The notes under the pieces were generated by a model, which was not told where the DNA came from, did no database searches, and worked only from the letters and a program-made list of their open reading frames with translations. Position numbers and translations under genes: made by a program. From Rhizaria sp. SCN 62-66 (taxonomy: Eukaryota), in contig MEDY01000011.1 of the NCBI GenBank assembly GCA_001724265.1, positions 1 through 64,000 of the forward strand: DNA of 64,000 nucleotides, read 5' to 3'. Position 1 is the first letter of the stretch; every line of letters begins with the position of its first letter. Positions 1-10,700 of this stretch are shown here, in pieces.

Positions 1-3000
1 GTTGGCCATCGTGGACGAAATGAGCTTCCACATCGAGCGACGCGCCTGCGGGTCCATGCCCGTCGACGGCTCATCCAGGAACACGATCAGCGGGTTGCCG
101 ACGAGTGCGATGCCGACCGAGAGCTTACGCTTGTTGCCGCCGGAGTACGTGCCGGCGGGCTTGTCAGCGATCTGCTCGAGGCCGAGCTTGGAAATGAGTG
201 CCGCCACGAAGCGTTCGACACGCGCCTCGGGCACGCACTTAATGCGCGCGTACAGCATGAGGTGTTCGCGCGCGGTAAGCAGCGGCAGCAGGGCGTCGAA
301 CTGCGGACAGTAGCCGATGAGCTGGCGGACCTCGTACGGGTTGTTCATGATGTCGAGGCCACCAAGCAGCGCGGTGCCGGAGGTCGGGGACTCGTCGCCA
401 GTCATCATCTTCAAAGTTGTCGTCTTGCCTGCGCCGTTCGCACCGAGGAAGCCAAAGCACTCGCCCTTGCCGACACTATACGCCATGTTAGCGACGGCAA
501 TGTGGGGCTTGGCGCCGAGACGTGACGGGTACACCTTGCGCAGGCCCTTAATGGCAACCATGAAGCGCTCGGGGTCATCGCACTCGCCACTGGCGACGCG
601 CGCGCGCTCGGCAGCAACGTCATCATCCTCCGGCTCGCCACTCACGCTCACGTCAACAGCGGCCATGGTCTCAGAGAGCTCAGCGTAGTCACTGTCGTTA
701 CCGCCAGCGTTCCTACGCTTACGGCAGGGCAGAGAAGCGAGCGCGGCCTTGATGGAGCCGCTCGAGTGCACATGCTCGATCACGAGCAGCGCGGCAGCGT
801 ACACAAAGAAGTCAATCACAAGGAAGATGAAAGGCCAGCCGGTGACTTCGAGATCCCAGATCTCGACGACCTTACCGAACGTTGCGCGCGAGTCGCGCAC
901 CATGAGGTTCGCCATCAGCTCACCGAGACAGAAGGGCGGGAAAAAGCGGTACAGGAACGCGAGCTGGCTGTTGAGATCCGCGGTCGACGGCAAGAACGCC
1001 ATGACAATGTACGCAATGAGCAGCAGCACGGAGAAGAAGAAGTTCGCGAGCAGCGTGACGTTTTGCGCAACAGAGTGCGACTCGAACAGGAAGGTCAGGC
1101 AGTACGTGAAGGGCGCGACAGCAAGGCAGAACAGCCACAGCGACAGCATAGTGGCGCCGATGGCGTCGCCTAGCAGCGGTCCGACGTCGAAAATGAGCAG
1201 CACAATAATCACAAGAGCGAACGGAAGAATGAAGTTAACAAGATCCCAGATCAGCGCAGAGACCCAGTACGCGAGCGCAGACACGCCGCTGATGAGCTGC
1301 AGGTGCTTGCCCTTGTCGGCGCGCTCCTTGACGAGGAACCCGGCGAACGTGGCCGGCACGAAAGCCATGGCCATGCAGATCGCGAAAGCAACGCCGGAAG
1401 TCATGAGAACCATCTGCGAGTGCGTCTTGTCAAGCGGCTTATTGGTCACAGTGACCGTGGGCACAGCAGCGTTGACGTCGGCGTCGCCAGCAGCAACGGC
1501 GGAGGCATGCGTCGCGCGAAGCAGAGCATTGGTCCACGCGTTGACGGCCATCGGCATCGCGTCGCGCGCAGTCGTGTTGATGAAAACAAGCGAGTTGATG
1601 TACGTGTCATCGGCGGCGTCGCCCACAGCAACGTCCCTCGCGACCTCAGCAACAGTCTCGCTCTCACTCACAGCCGCCACGGCCGCAGCATCAGGGAAGT
1701 TGCGCAGCAGACGGAAGCCGAACGCGAAGAAGCGCGTGGGGTCAACCTCCTTGTCATCGGCACCACCCATCAGCGCCGCGGTAAAGCCAGACATGAACTT
1801 GCGCACGCGCTCAACGACGCTCACACTCTCCATGGTGTCAGCGTCAGCAACAGATACTTCAACAGGTACAACATCAGCGGACCTCAAGCCGGCAGTGGTG
1901 CGAGTGCGAATATCAGTGTTCTTCTTGTCGTCGTCATCGTCGTCGCCGTCGCCGTCAATCTTGGCCATGAGCGCGTCCGAAACAAGCTGCGACCACTTAT
2001 ACTTAGCGGGGTCCTCGGCCGGGATGTCGTTGAGCGGCTCCAGCACCAGGCGGTCATCCTGGGCCTCGAACGCGCTGACGAGCCTGCTCAGCGCGTCGGC
2101 ACTCGTGGTACCCTCGGTCGTCGTCGTGTTGATGTACGTGAACGTGTACGGGTTGGGAATCGCCGGCAGCGTCGTCACGACGGCCTGGAAGCCGGCGTGA
2201 ACGGCCAAGCGCGTCGACACGATGAACGCCGTGAGTACAAGCATTGGGAACAGCAGCTGCCACGTCCACACGCGGCGGTCACGCTTCGCAGTGTGGAAGC
2301 GGCGCGCAATCAGCGCCTTGGTGTGGCGGATGAACACGGCCGACGGCGACAGAGTGCGGACGTTCGCCTCACCCTCAGCCGAAGCCATGGCCTCGTAGTC
2401 AGCCGCGTCGTCGCCAGACGACAGAACGGCGTCACCGGCACTCGCACTGGTGTTGGCGCTGACAGGCTTCTGCGCACCGGCACTGCTGTTGATGCCGCCC
2501 GCGACCGGGACCTTGCTATCGGTGGTGTGTGAGCCGGCGGGGAAGGACGTGGGCGTGCCTTCGCTCTCGAGGTGGTCCGCGCCGTGTCCGACGCGCAGGA
2601 ACACTTCTGTCAGCGTGGTGACGGACATGCCCGCGGCGGCGACGCCCAGCGCAAGCTTGCGCTGCTCTAGCGCGTCGAACAGCAGAGGAAACACGGGCGC
2701 GGCGGAGAACGGGAGCCGGAACGAGATCTCGCCACCGGCATCGGAGAGCACTTCCGCGGCGGGGATCACGGCGAGAACCAGCGCGCGCACGGGGGAAATG
2801 CCCGACGAGGCCGCGGTCGAGAGCGCGCGGTCCACGAGCACGTCCACCTCGGCATCGGTCGTCGGCGACGCGGGCGCGATCGCGGCGGCGGCCTGCGCGG
2901 CAGACAGCAGCGGCGCCGCGGTCTTCGGGGTGTTGCCCTTGGCGCTGCTGGCGAGGGCGCCAGCGGGGGCGTTAGTCTTGGCCTTGGAGACAGTGAGCGT

Positions 3001-5322
3001 GTAGCCAGCGCCGTACTGGTGCTTGAGGAAGAGCGATGAGCCGTTGCACATGAGCTTACCGCTCGCCATAATAGCAATGCGGTCACCGATCTCGGCCTCC
3101 TCCATCGAGTGCGTGGTGAGGACGATGACGCGGCCGGCCTTGGAGCGCAGCAGCAGGTCCCAAATCACGCGCTGCGACGCGACGTCCATGCCCGACGACG
3201 GCTCGTCCAGGTACACAATCTTAGAGTCGCCGATGAGCGCGATGCCAACAGAGAGCTTGCGCTTCTGGCCGCCGGAAAGCGTGCCAGCGAGCGCGTTGGC
3301 CTTATTGTCGCCCGTGGCGCCAAGTCCGACCTCGTCGATCATGCGCTGCGCGGCGGCCGCGACCTCAGCCTCGGGCACGCCCTTGATGGCGGCGTAGAGC
3401 TCCAGGTGCTCACGCACACTGAGATGCGAGTACAGGATGTCGTGCTGGGGGCACACGCCCATCTGCATGCGGATCTGGTCCATCTCGGCGGCCAGGTCGC
3501 GGCCCAGCACGGTGACGTGGCCGCTGGTCATGGGGTACAGACCGGTCAGCGCGTTGAGCATCGTCGACTTGCCGGCGCCGTTGTGGCCCAGTAGCGTGAA
3601 GATCTGGCCCTCGTACATGTCGAGACTGAGCGCGTTGACGGCGACGAACTCGCCGTCGGGCACACCCTGGAGCGGGAACGTCTTGCGCAGACCGCGAATG
3701 CGGACGAGCTCCTTGCCGCGCACGAACGCATCGGGGGCCTCAATCTTGGAGTAGGGCTCGTTGTCGAATATGGTCAGACCGGTGCCCGTGCCGTCGTCGC
3801 CGCGCTGGCCGACGTCGAGGGACGAGCTGTTGTTGCCGTTGGGCGACAGCAGGCTCGAGCGCACTGACTCGTCGACGGCGGAGCGCGCCTTAGGCGCCTT
3901 GCTGCCGCACCAGAACGAGGGCTTGAGGAAGAAATACCACTTGCGCGGTGTGCCGTACTCGTTGGGCAGCACTTCCTGCAGGTAGAGGCCCAGCACGAGC
4001 ATGATGACCGAGGTAAGGATGAGCATCATGATGCTGTCGGCGACGGAGTAGTTCTCAATCTCGGTGTCAAGCGTGGACCAGGTGACGCCGACGGAGCCCG
4101 ACTCGAGGCGCGCCACGGAGCGCGAGCCGTAGGCCAGCGCGATCGACGGCGCGAAGGAGCCCAGGAGCTTGGCGGAGCGCGCCGACGAGGACGCGGCGGC
4201 CATGTCGCCGAGGAAGAGCGAGACGATGAAGATGATGGCCGAGAACGACGCCGCCGTCTGCGCACGCGAGAAAAACGTGGACATGAAGAAGGCGAAGGCG
4301 TAGAGCGCCATGTAGTACGCGTAGAAGAAGATGAAGATGATAAGCGTGTTCGAGTATTGGTAGATAGACCACGTCGTCGTGAGGATCATCAGCAGGCACG
4401 TGACGGCGAAGAGCGCGGCGTACGTCAGCCACCACGTGAGCGAGATGACCCACGTCTTGAGCCCCATCATGCGCGTGCCTTCGCGGATGCGCAGCTCTTT
4501 CTCCGACACCAGCTCGCCGACGACGAGCGTGATGGGCAGCACGCCGAGAATGGTGAAGAAGAACCCCATGTAGCTGCCGATAATATCGGAGAAGATGTCG
4601 GCCGTGTACTTGCGCGTCGGCATCGGCACCACCTCGATCGCGGGCTCGCGCTGGAGCGCGTCGTGCGGGTACGCGCCCGTCTCGGCCAGGATCGCCATGT
4701 CGATCGTTAACTGGAGCCCCGCGTAGGCGCTCTTGCAGTATGTCTTGAGCGACTTGGAGTCGTACTTGGGCGTCACGTCGTTGAACGGGCTCGTCGTGTC
4801 TGTGTTAGGCGAGCCCTCGTAGGCGCCCGAGGTGACGTTGAAGCGCAGTGTGTAGGCGTAGTCGGGGCCTACGAGCTTGCCCGTGGGCGCTGTCACGGCG
4901 GCGAAGACGTTGCGGAAGCCCGCGGTGCCGTACTCGGAGGACTTGAGGTACGTGTCGAGGTCCTTGATCGTGTCGAAGCCGCGCACGAACTTGGCGGCGA
5001 GCGGCGTCGCGGCCTGCGGGTTGGTGAGGCGCTCGATAACAGCCGTAAAGGCCGACGAGGGGGCGAAGGCAAGGAAGCTGTCTGTAATGGCAAGGCGGCC
5101 GTTCAGGTCCGTGGTGGTGCCGTCCACGGAGAGGTGGCAGGTGTCATCTAGGTGATGCGCGGCCTCGTGGACCTCGGGCTCGGTGTACGTGTGCAGCCAG
5201 ACGAGCAGAAGCATGATGAGTGCGGGGAGAATGACTGAGAGCAAGGTTGAGACGAGCTTGCGGCGCTTCAGGAGAATGTTCTTCACCATCAGCGCCTTGA
5301 ACTGTTGGAAATTGCCGCCCAT
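1..5322 (-). CDS. ABCA: ABC transporter subfamily A, full-size (TMD-NBD-TMD-NBD); 3' end lies outside the window
   Basis: ATG at 5322 gives MGGNFQQFKALMVKNILLKRRK, a typical ABCA N-terminus. NBD1 has LLGHNGAGKST, LSGGQKRKL and YLDEPSSGMD; NBD2 has CFGFLGANGAGKTT, YSGGNKRKLSV and FLDEPSTGMDP. Probably absent from the ORF track because no stop is reached before position 1. Confidence 0.95.
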   Translation of the reverse strand, partial: MGGNFQQFKALMVKNILLKRRKLVSTLLSVILPALIMLLLVWLHTYTEPEVHEAAHHLDDTCHLSVDGTTTDLNGRLAITDSFLAFAPSSAFTAVIERLTNPQAATPLAAKFVRGFDTIKDLDTYLKSSEYGTAGFRNVFAAVTAPTGKLVGPDYAYTLRFNVTSGAYEGSPNTDTTSPFNDVTPKYDSKSLKTYCKSAYAGLQLTIDMAILAETGAYPHDALQREPAIEVVPMPTRKYTADIFSDIIGSYMGFFFTILGVLPITLVVGELVSEKELRIREGTRMMGLKTWVISLTWWLTYAALFAVTCLLMILTTTWSIYQYSNTLIIFIFFYAYYMALYAFAFFMSTFFSRAQTAASFSAIIFIVSLFLGDMAAASSSARSAKLLGSFAPSIALAYGSRSVARLESGSVGVTWSTLDTEIENYSVADSIMMLILTSVIMLVLGLYLQEVLPNEYGTPRKWYFFLKPSFWCGSKAPKARSAVDESVRSSLLSPNGNNSSSLDVGQRGDDGTGTGLTIFDNEPYSKIEAPDAFVRGKELVRIRGLRKTFPLQGVPDGEFVAVNALSLDMYEGQIFTLLGHNGAGKSTMLNALTGLYPMTSGHVTVLGRDLAAEMDQIRMQMGVCPQHDILYSHLSVREHLELYAAIKGVPEAEVAAAAQRMIDEVGLGATGDNKANALAGTLSGGQKRKLSVGIALIGDSKIVYLDEPSSGMDVASQRVIWDLLLRSKAGRVIVLTTHSMEEAEIGDRIAIMASGKLMCNGSSLFLKHQYGAGYTLTVSKAKTNAPAGALASSAKGNTPKTAAPLLSAAQAAAAIAPASPTTDAEVDVLVDRALSTAASSGISPVRALVLAVIPAAEVLSDAGGEISFRLPFSAAPVFPLLFDALEQRKLALGVAAAGMSVTTLTEVFLRVGHGADHLESEGTPTSFPAGSHTTDSKVPVAGGINSSAGAQKPVSANTSASAGDAVLSSGDDAADYEAMASAEGEANVRTLSPSAVFIRHTKALIARRFHTAKRDRRVWTWQLLFPMLVLTAFIVSTRLAVHAGFQAVVTTLPAIPNPYTFTYINTTTTEGTTSADALSRLVSAFEAQDDRLVLEPLNDIPAEDPAKYKWSQLVSDALMAKIDGDGDDDDDDKKNTDIRTRTTAGLRSADVVPVEVSVADADTMESVSVVERVRKFMSGFTAALMGGADDKEVDPTRFFAFGFRLLRNFPDAAAVAAVSESETVAEVARDVAVGDAADDTYINSLVFINTTARDAMPMAVNAWTNALLRATHASAVAAGDADVNAAVPTVTVTNKPLDKTHSQMVLMTSGVAFAICMAMAFVPATFAGFLVKERADKGKHLQLISGVSALAYWVSALIWDLVNFILPFALVIIVLLIFDVGPLLGDAIGATMLSLWLFCLAVAPFTYCLTFLFESHSVAQNVTLLANFFFSVLLLIAYIVMAFLPSTADLNSQLAFLYRFFPPFCLGELMANLMVRDSRATFGKVVEIWDLEVTGWPFIFLVIDFFVYAAALLVIEHVHSSGSIKAALASLPCRKRRNAGGNDSDYAELSETMAAVDVSVSGEPEDDDVAAERARVASGECDDPERFMVAIKGLRKVYPSRLGAKPHIAVANMAYSVGKGECFGFLGANGAGKTTTLKMMTGDESPTSGTALLGGLDIMNNPYEVRQLIGYCPQFDALLPLLTAREHLMLYARIKCVPEARVERFVAALISKLGLEQIADKPAGTYSGGNKRKLSVGIALVGNPLIVFLDEPSTGMDPQARRSMWKLISSTMAN

Positions 5323-6328
5323 TGTGTTCTACAAGTCTACTGCCTTCGGGCGAGCAAAGAGGGAGACTGCAAGGGCAAAGGGGGGAGTATACCAAAAAGA
5401 GGGCGTATACGTAGATGCGTGAGAAAGCGATGCTTTTGATAGACAAAAATGTTGATGTGGCACTTAGTGCTAACCGGGGATAGCGGCGACAGACCGTTGG
5501 CTATGCGGGCATGAGTAGGCCGATGTTCGCGCTTAACATCGTGTGCCACGGCGCGGTCGGAGCGCTTGCTTTGTGCCTGTCGTTCTTTTGTGCCATCGAA
5601 CTTGGCAACTCTTCATGTACACGCGCTCCAGCACCCGAACATACCCGGAAATTTAGCAAAGTCATTAAACAAGGTTCTCCTAAAAGAAAAACAAGCATAA
5701 CGTGCTACAGACGATCGCAGACGGCTGGTTGGACAAACCACTAACAAGATGACGTCGCTACTTTTTTTAGCTACCGCGACAGCACTTGTGGCTACACTGC
5801 AAATATGGCACTTTATCTGCGTATACAATGCTACTGTGTTGTATTTTGCCACGTTATAACAAAAAATAAAAAATTAAAACAAGTCTCCGGAGAAACTACC
5901 TTGCATCGCGCAAGATTATCATGTTAAAACAACAAAGTTCGGTGCTTCCTTGCGACTAAGCTGGGCAACGAGCGAGACAACAACGAAGAAACTGCCACTC
6001 TCAAAATGTCATCAAGGATATTGTGTTCTCCGTCAACGTCAATGTTGCTGTGATATGATATTTCTGTCGGAGAGGACTATCTAAGAACTTAATGAAACCG
6101 GCGTAACATTGAGTCTATGAACCTATAATGCAAGTTCCGTACAGCGGCTGTCTCACTGCAACTGAGCTGTGGGCCTGTCACACAGTACATCCTTCATAGA
6201 CACACATGCCCCCCTTCTATGTAAATACGTGATGATTCCACAATATTTGTGTCACTGTGTATGTGCTCACTTTTCTTATATGATCCGTAACCTTAAATAC
6301 TGACTCCAGTAGAGCCCCCCATAGTACG

Positions 6329-6859
6329 ATGTCTGACTGCGGGACATACAACAAGCACAAGTCGTCCCACGGCGGCCGCACCCTCATCGGCAACTGGCAA
6401 GAAGAGGAAGCCGACAAGGCCCGCGGTGATGTGACTCGACCGCGTTACCTCAACACCTTTGCGCGCGTCGTCGCTCACTACGATAACCGCGACTCTGAGC
6501 CCAAGGAGTCGATCAACACGAGCACGTACCGCCCGATGTTCTCCTCCGCCTCGGAGTTCGCGCTCACACAGTCGTTCCCCAACCAGCGCATGGCCATGCT
6601 CGATTCGATCTCCGCGCAGACGGACCGCCGCAAGCTGGAGACGACGTACCAGTCCTCGATCTGCCTGCCCAAGACCACGCGCCCCGGCGCCAGCTACAAG
6701 GCTGACCCACTGACCGGCACCTTCCGCGTCCAAATCGGCTCACATGCGCCGCAAAACACGGCCAGTGCGAGTCCCAGCACCACCGCGGCGGCCGGCGCAG
6801 CCATGGTGCAGACGCAGGGCCCTGCGAATGCGAGTGGCACGCGCTACATCGCGTATTGA
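6329..6859 (+). CDS. 176-aa protein with N-terminal TLIGNWQEEE (NWE) motif; probable ciliary microtubule inner protein
   Basis: GC-rich ORF from ATG to TGA flanked by AT-rich DNA. The LIGNWxEE motif is typical of NWE-class MIPs (CFAP68/95/107/161). Exact orthologue not assignable. Confidence 0.65.
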   Translation: MSDCGTYNKHKSSHGGRTLIGNWQEEEADKARGDVTRPRYLNTFARVVAHYDNRDSEPKESINTSTYRPMFSSASEFALTQSFPNQRMAMLDSISAQTDRRKLETTYQSSICLPKTTRPGASYKADPLTGTFRVQIGSHAPQNTASASPSTTAAAGAAMVQTQGPANASGTRYIAY

Positions 6860-7049
6860 ACGACATTACACAACACGCAATCAATCTTCTCAGTCAGTGC
6901 TGTTTGGCCAGGACGAGAACTAAGGCCATTGTAGCTTCACAACTTTTTGAATACATGACACACTGAATACACTTCGATTCAAATGAGTACAATCGAGACA
7001 CGGTTTGTTAATTTCACAAATTTTATTATAACTGGTAAAATAGTAATTA

Positions 7050-7640
7050 TTACTTATCCCTTCCGGCTCGCGCTGCAACAGCAAGCGCGGCGCGGAGCTC
7101 GTGCTCTCTAGATACAATAACAGCCCACGTTCGAGCAGTGCAGTCGCGGCGGGACGAGCCGCGCGCGCCGCCGGGCCAGAGCCCGCGGACGGAAACGCAC
7201 GCGACACGATGCCAGTCGTGTCGCGCGCGCCGTCCGCAGGATTCAGCGCCCAGCGGCGGCGCGCGCCAGCAGCCCCGCCCTGCACGCGGGTCAGCGCAAA
7301 GTGGCAAACTTCAAACACACACCATGAGAAAGACGAAACAAAAAAATGATGTGCGTGCAAGGTCTGCCAAGTGTAGTCGATCTTCCTTCGCTGCAGCGGC
7401 CGGCTGCGGGGGCGGCGCGGGGCGGAGTCGGCGCCAAGCCGACAAAAGGCACCGCGCGCCCTCGCAGCCGGCGTGCGGCTGCAGCGAAAGAGAACGACAG
7501 TTTTTTCAAACAACTGCAAGTCAAAAACAAAACCATTAAAGAAAATTGTAACATTAACTTGATCGAAATACATACAGGACAATACAAAGGAGTCAAAAAG
7601 AGAAGTGAGTCCCGTGCTTGATGCGCCATAAGTGTTGCTC
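7050..7640 (-). ncRNA. Candidate structured, possibly spliced non-coding RNA with two long GC-rich nested hairpins
   Basis: Nested inverted repeats at 7138-7285 and 7376-7498. Four imperfect positions in the first hairpin become G-U pairs on the minus strand. Intron-like segments at 7575-7514 and 7358-7280. Boundaries approximate. Confidence 0.5.
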
Positions 7641-7775
7641 ATGTCCTCTGCAGTTGTTGATAGTAGGACGGTTTGGATGAGGTCGCGGCAATGCGACTCT
7701 CAAAAAGAAAACATCAACACTAACCGCCGCAAAGGACACAAATGAGCAATCACTCAAGACATCAGCAGATAGCAC

Positions 7776-10700
7776 TTACTCCTCGGCAACCGTGGCCACA
7801 GCCGCAGTCTCAGCGCGCTCGGCCTCGGTACCTTCCTTGGTGACGGCGAGCTTGGCCATGGTCGCGATGCGCGCGTCCATGTTTGCGATGCGGGCCGCGA
7901 GCGCAGTCTTGGCGTAACCGAGGCGCTTGGCCTTGTCGCGCAGCTGCAGCAGCACGGCCGGCACCTGCGGCGGCGGGTTGCCAGACGAGATGTCGTACTC
8001 CTTGGTCTGCTCGTTGTACGCCGCCTCGGCCTCGATGGCCTTGGCGCCGACGGTGGCGAGCTTGGTAACGAGCGAGACCATCTCGAGGTTGAGGCGGTCG
8101 CTCTGCAGACGCAGACGCTCGAGACGCGCAAACTGCACCATGCGGGGCTCGTCGCCGCCAGAGTGCGCGCGTGCAGTCACGGCCACGATGTCCTCGGGCT
8201 CCACGTCGGGCGCGCGCGCGTCGGGCGCAAGCTGGGCCTCGACCTGCATGTCGTGCGCAAGCGTGTTGCGCCGCACGTTCTCCTCGATCAGCAGCAGCTC
8301 GCGCTTGAGCGGCGCGTAGTCACGGAAGGCGCGGTACTGGTCCAGGCGCTCGAACAGCTCCTCGCGGGCCAGGTAGTCGTCGTGCTCGCTGCTCAGCATC
8401 GTCGAATCGAGGAAGTCGCCGATGACGTCCTCCTTGAGCCCCAGCGCCACGGCAGGCGTGAACGAGTCGCGCAGCGCCTTGTTCTGGCGCAGCGTCGAGT
8501 CCATCGCAGTCCACTGGCGCTCCACGTCCTGCCACGACGACTTGCTGTGGCCGCGGACGAGCGGCAGCGCAGCGGCCTGGCCCTGGGCGTCGGCCATATC
8601 AGCGCCGGCCGTCCACGACGAAGCGGCGGGCACGCCGGCCGACGAGGGCGTGGCGAGCGCGTCGATGGTCACGGCGGCAGGCACTGAGGCCAGCGTGGCA
8701 GCGTCGGGCGCCGAGTCGGCGGAGCCGAGCGCCGTGCGTGAGAAGAAGAGCTCGGCCATGAGGCTCGAGTTGAGGTAGTAGAAGGCCTTCTGGAACTTGC
8801 CAGACTCGTCGTGCCAGTCGTTGGCCGCGATGTGCGCGATCGTGTGCGTGAGGATGAGCGCGAACTTGCCAACGTTGTTGATGCGTGACTCGTGGACGAA
8901 AATGGTGCGCGACGCGACATCGTAGTGGATCGAGTTTTTGTACAGCGAGTCGGACATCTTGTAAGCATCGAGCTTGACGGGCAGCGCCGACGCGAGCAGC
9001 AGCGAGAACGGGGTCAGTCCCAGCGCGTTGGCGCAGTAGTCGGTGACGAACACACCGTAGCGGTAGAGCAGGAACTGGCGCGCGTTGAGGCTCGCGGGCG
9101 ACACCACGACGGGCTGCTTGGGGGCAGTCGAGGGATTGGGCGTGAGCATCTCGTCCACAGCGTCGACGTGCTGCTTCGCGAGCTTGTCGAACTGGCCGTC
9201 CTGGTGGTTCTGCTGCTCCTTACACACCTTGCGCACGAGGCGCTCGATGCGGTCCACCTTGGTGACGAACATGTCCGACGTGCCGGGGGCGCCGATCGCG
9301 CCGGGCACGCCCGCGAAGCCCGCGCCGGGCGTGAGGTAGGCCGCCTCCAGGTCGCCCGCGCCGCCGGGGAGCGAGGCGATGACGGCCTGGCGCACGCCGT
9401 CAGGCAGCGCCGAGAGTGACTCGTTGGCCGCGCTGGCGTTGCTCTTGAGCTGTGCCGCGATGGCGTCGCGCTGCGCGTCGCGCGCCTGCCTAAGGTGCGC
9501 CACGGCCTGGTCCACGCCGCGCTGGCGCAGCATCGACAGCATCTTGCCGGCCTTGACGAGCTTCATCACGGCTTCCTTGCGCAGCGTGTCGAGCTTGGCG
9601 TCGCGCGACGCGCGCTCCTTGCGGAGCCGCTCGGCCTCCTCCTCGGCGGCGAGGAACGCCTCGTTCTTCTCCAGCTCCTGGCGCACCTTGTCCTGCGCGC
9701 GGCGGGCGGCGATCTTCTTGCGCTGCTCCTCGCGGCCCTTGAGGCGGTCCTGCAGGTCCATCATCTGGCGCTTCTTCTCGAGCTCGTCCTGCACCTGGCG
9801 GTTCTCAACGTCCTCGTTGTAGCGCTTCAAGATAGCCTGGCGCTCGGCGTCGTCGAGGGCGGCGTCGGAGTCCTCCTTCATGCGACGCTCCTTCTCGGCG
9901 AGCTCGGCCTCCTTGTCCTTGCGGGCCTTGTCCTGCTGCTCCTCGAAGCGGCGCTGCATGTCCTCCTGGTCCTTCTTGATCTGGGCCTCGACGCGCTCCA
10001 TCTCGGCGCGCATCTGCTCCTCGCGCTTCGCCTCGGCCTCCTCCTTCATGCGCGCGATGTCGGCCTCGACCTCAGCCTGCTTGCGGCGGATCTCCTCCTC
10101 TTCCTCGCGCTTGCGCGCCTCGGCCTCCTCCAGCTTGCGCTGCAGCTCCTTCTTGTCCTCCCAGCGGACGATGTCGATGGGCGTGTCCTTGCCGAAGATC
10201 TTGCCGAACATGTCCTTGATCTCCTGGTTGTACTGGTCGCGCGCGTCGCGCAGCTCGGCCTCGTGCTTGCCCTTGATCTCGCTCTCAATCTTGGCGCGGA
10301 TCGCGTTCTCGTCGATCGACTTGTCCAGCGCAGCCAGCTGAGCCTTCTCCTCCTCCTCGGTGATGGTGCCGTCAGCTTTGGCGCGGCGCACGTCCTCCTT
10401 CTTGCTGAACAGGTCAGAGTACGCGTCGTCGAGCAGCGCCTTGGTCTTGCGCGCGGCGTCGGCGCGCTGGTCGCGCAGCAGGTCTGCGAGCTCGCGCTTC
10501 TGGCGCTCCGCCATGACGCTCGAGATGACGTTGGCGCCCGTGGTGGCATCGAGGTTCTTGTCGCCGATGACGTTGGTCAGCAGCTCCTCCTCCTTCTGCT
10601 TCTTCTCGCGCGTCACCAGCTCCTTTTCGAACTGCTGCTGCTCGGCGTCGGCGTCCTGGCGCTCGCCGTCGTGCTTCTTGGCCAGCGCTTTGGCGCGCGC

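Noticed and set aside
7357-7540. Identification of the structured region as RNase P/MRP, U3, snR30/U17, SRP or telomerase RNA
   Set aside because: Only partial motif resemblances. The partner P4 strand, boxes B/C/D, correctly spaced m1/m2 motifs and a telomeric template were not found.
6920-7642. 240-aa minus-strand ORF
   Set aside because: It runs through AT-rich intron-like and spacer DNA with non-coding composition; no recognisable protein.
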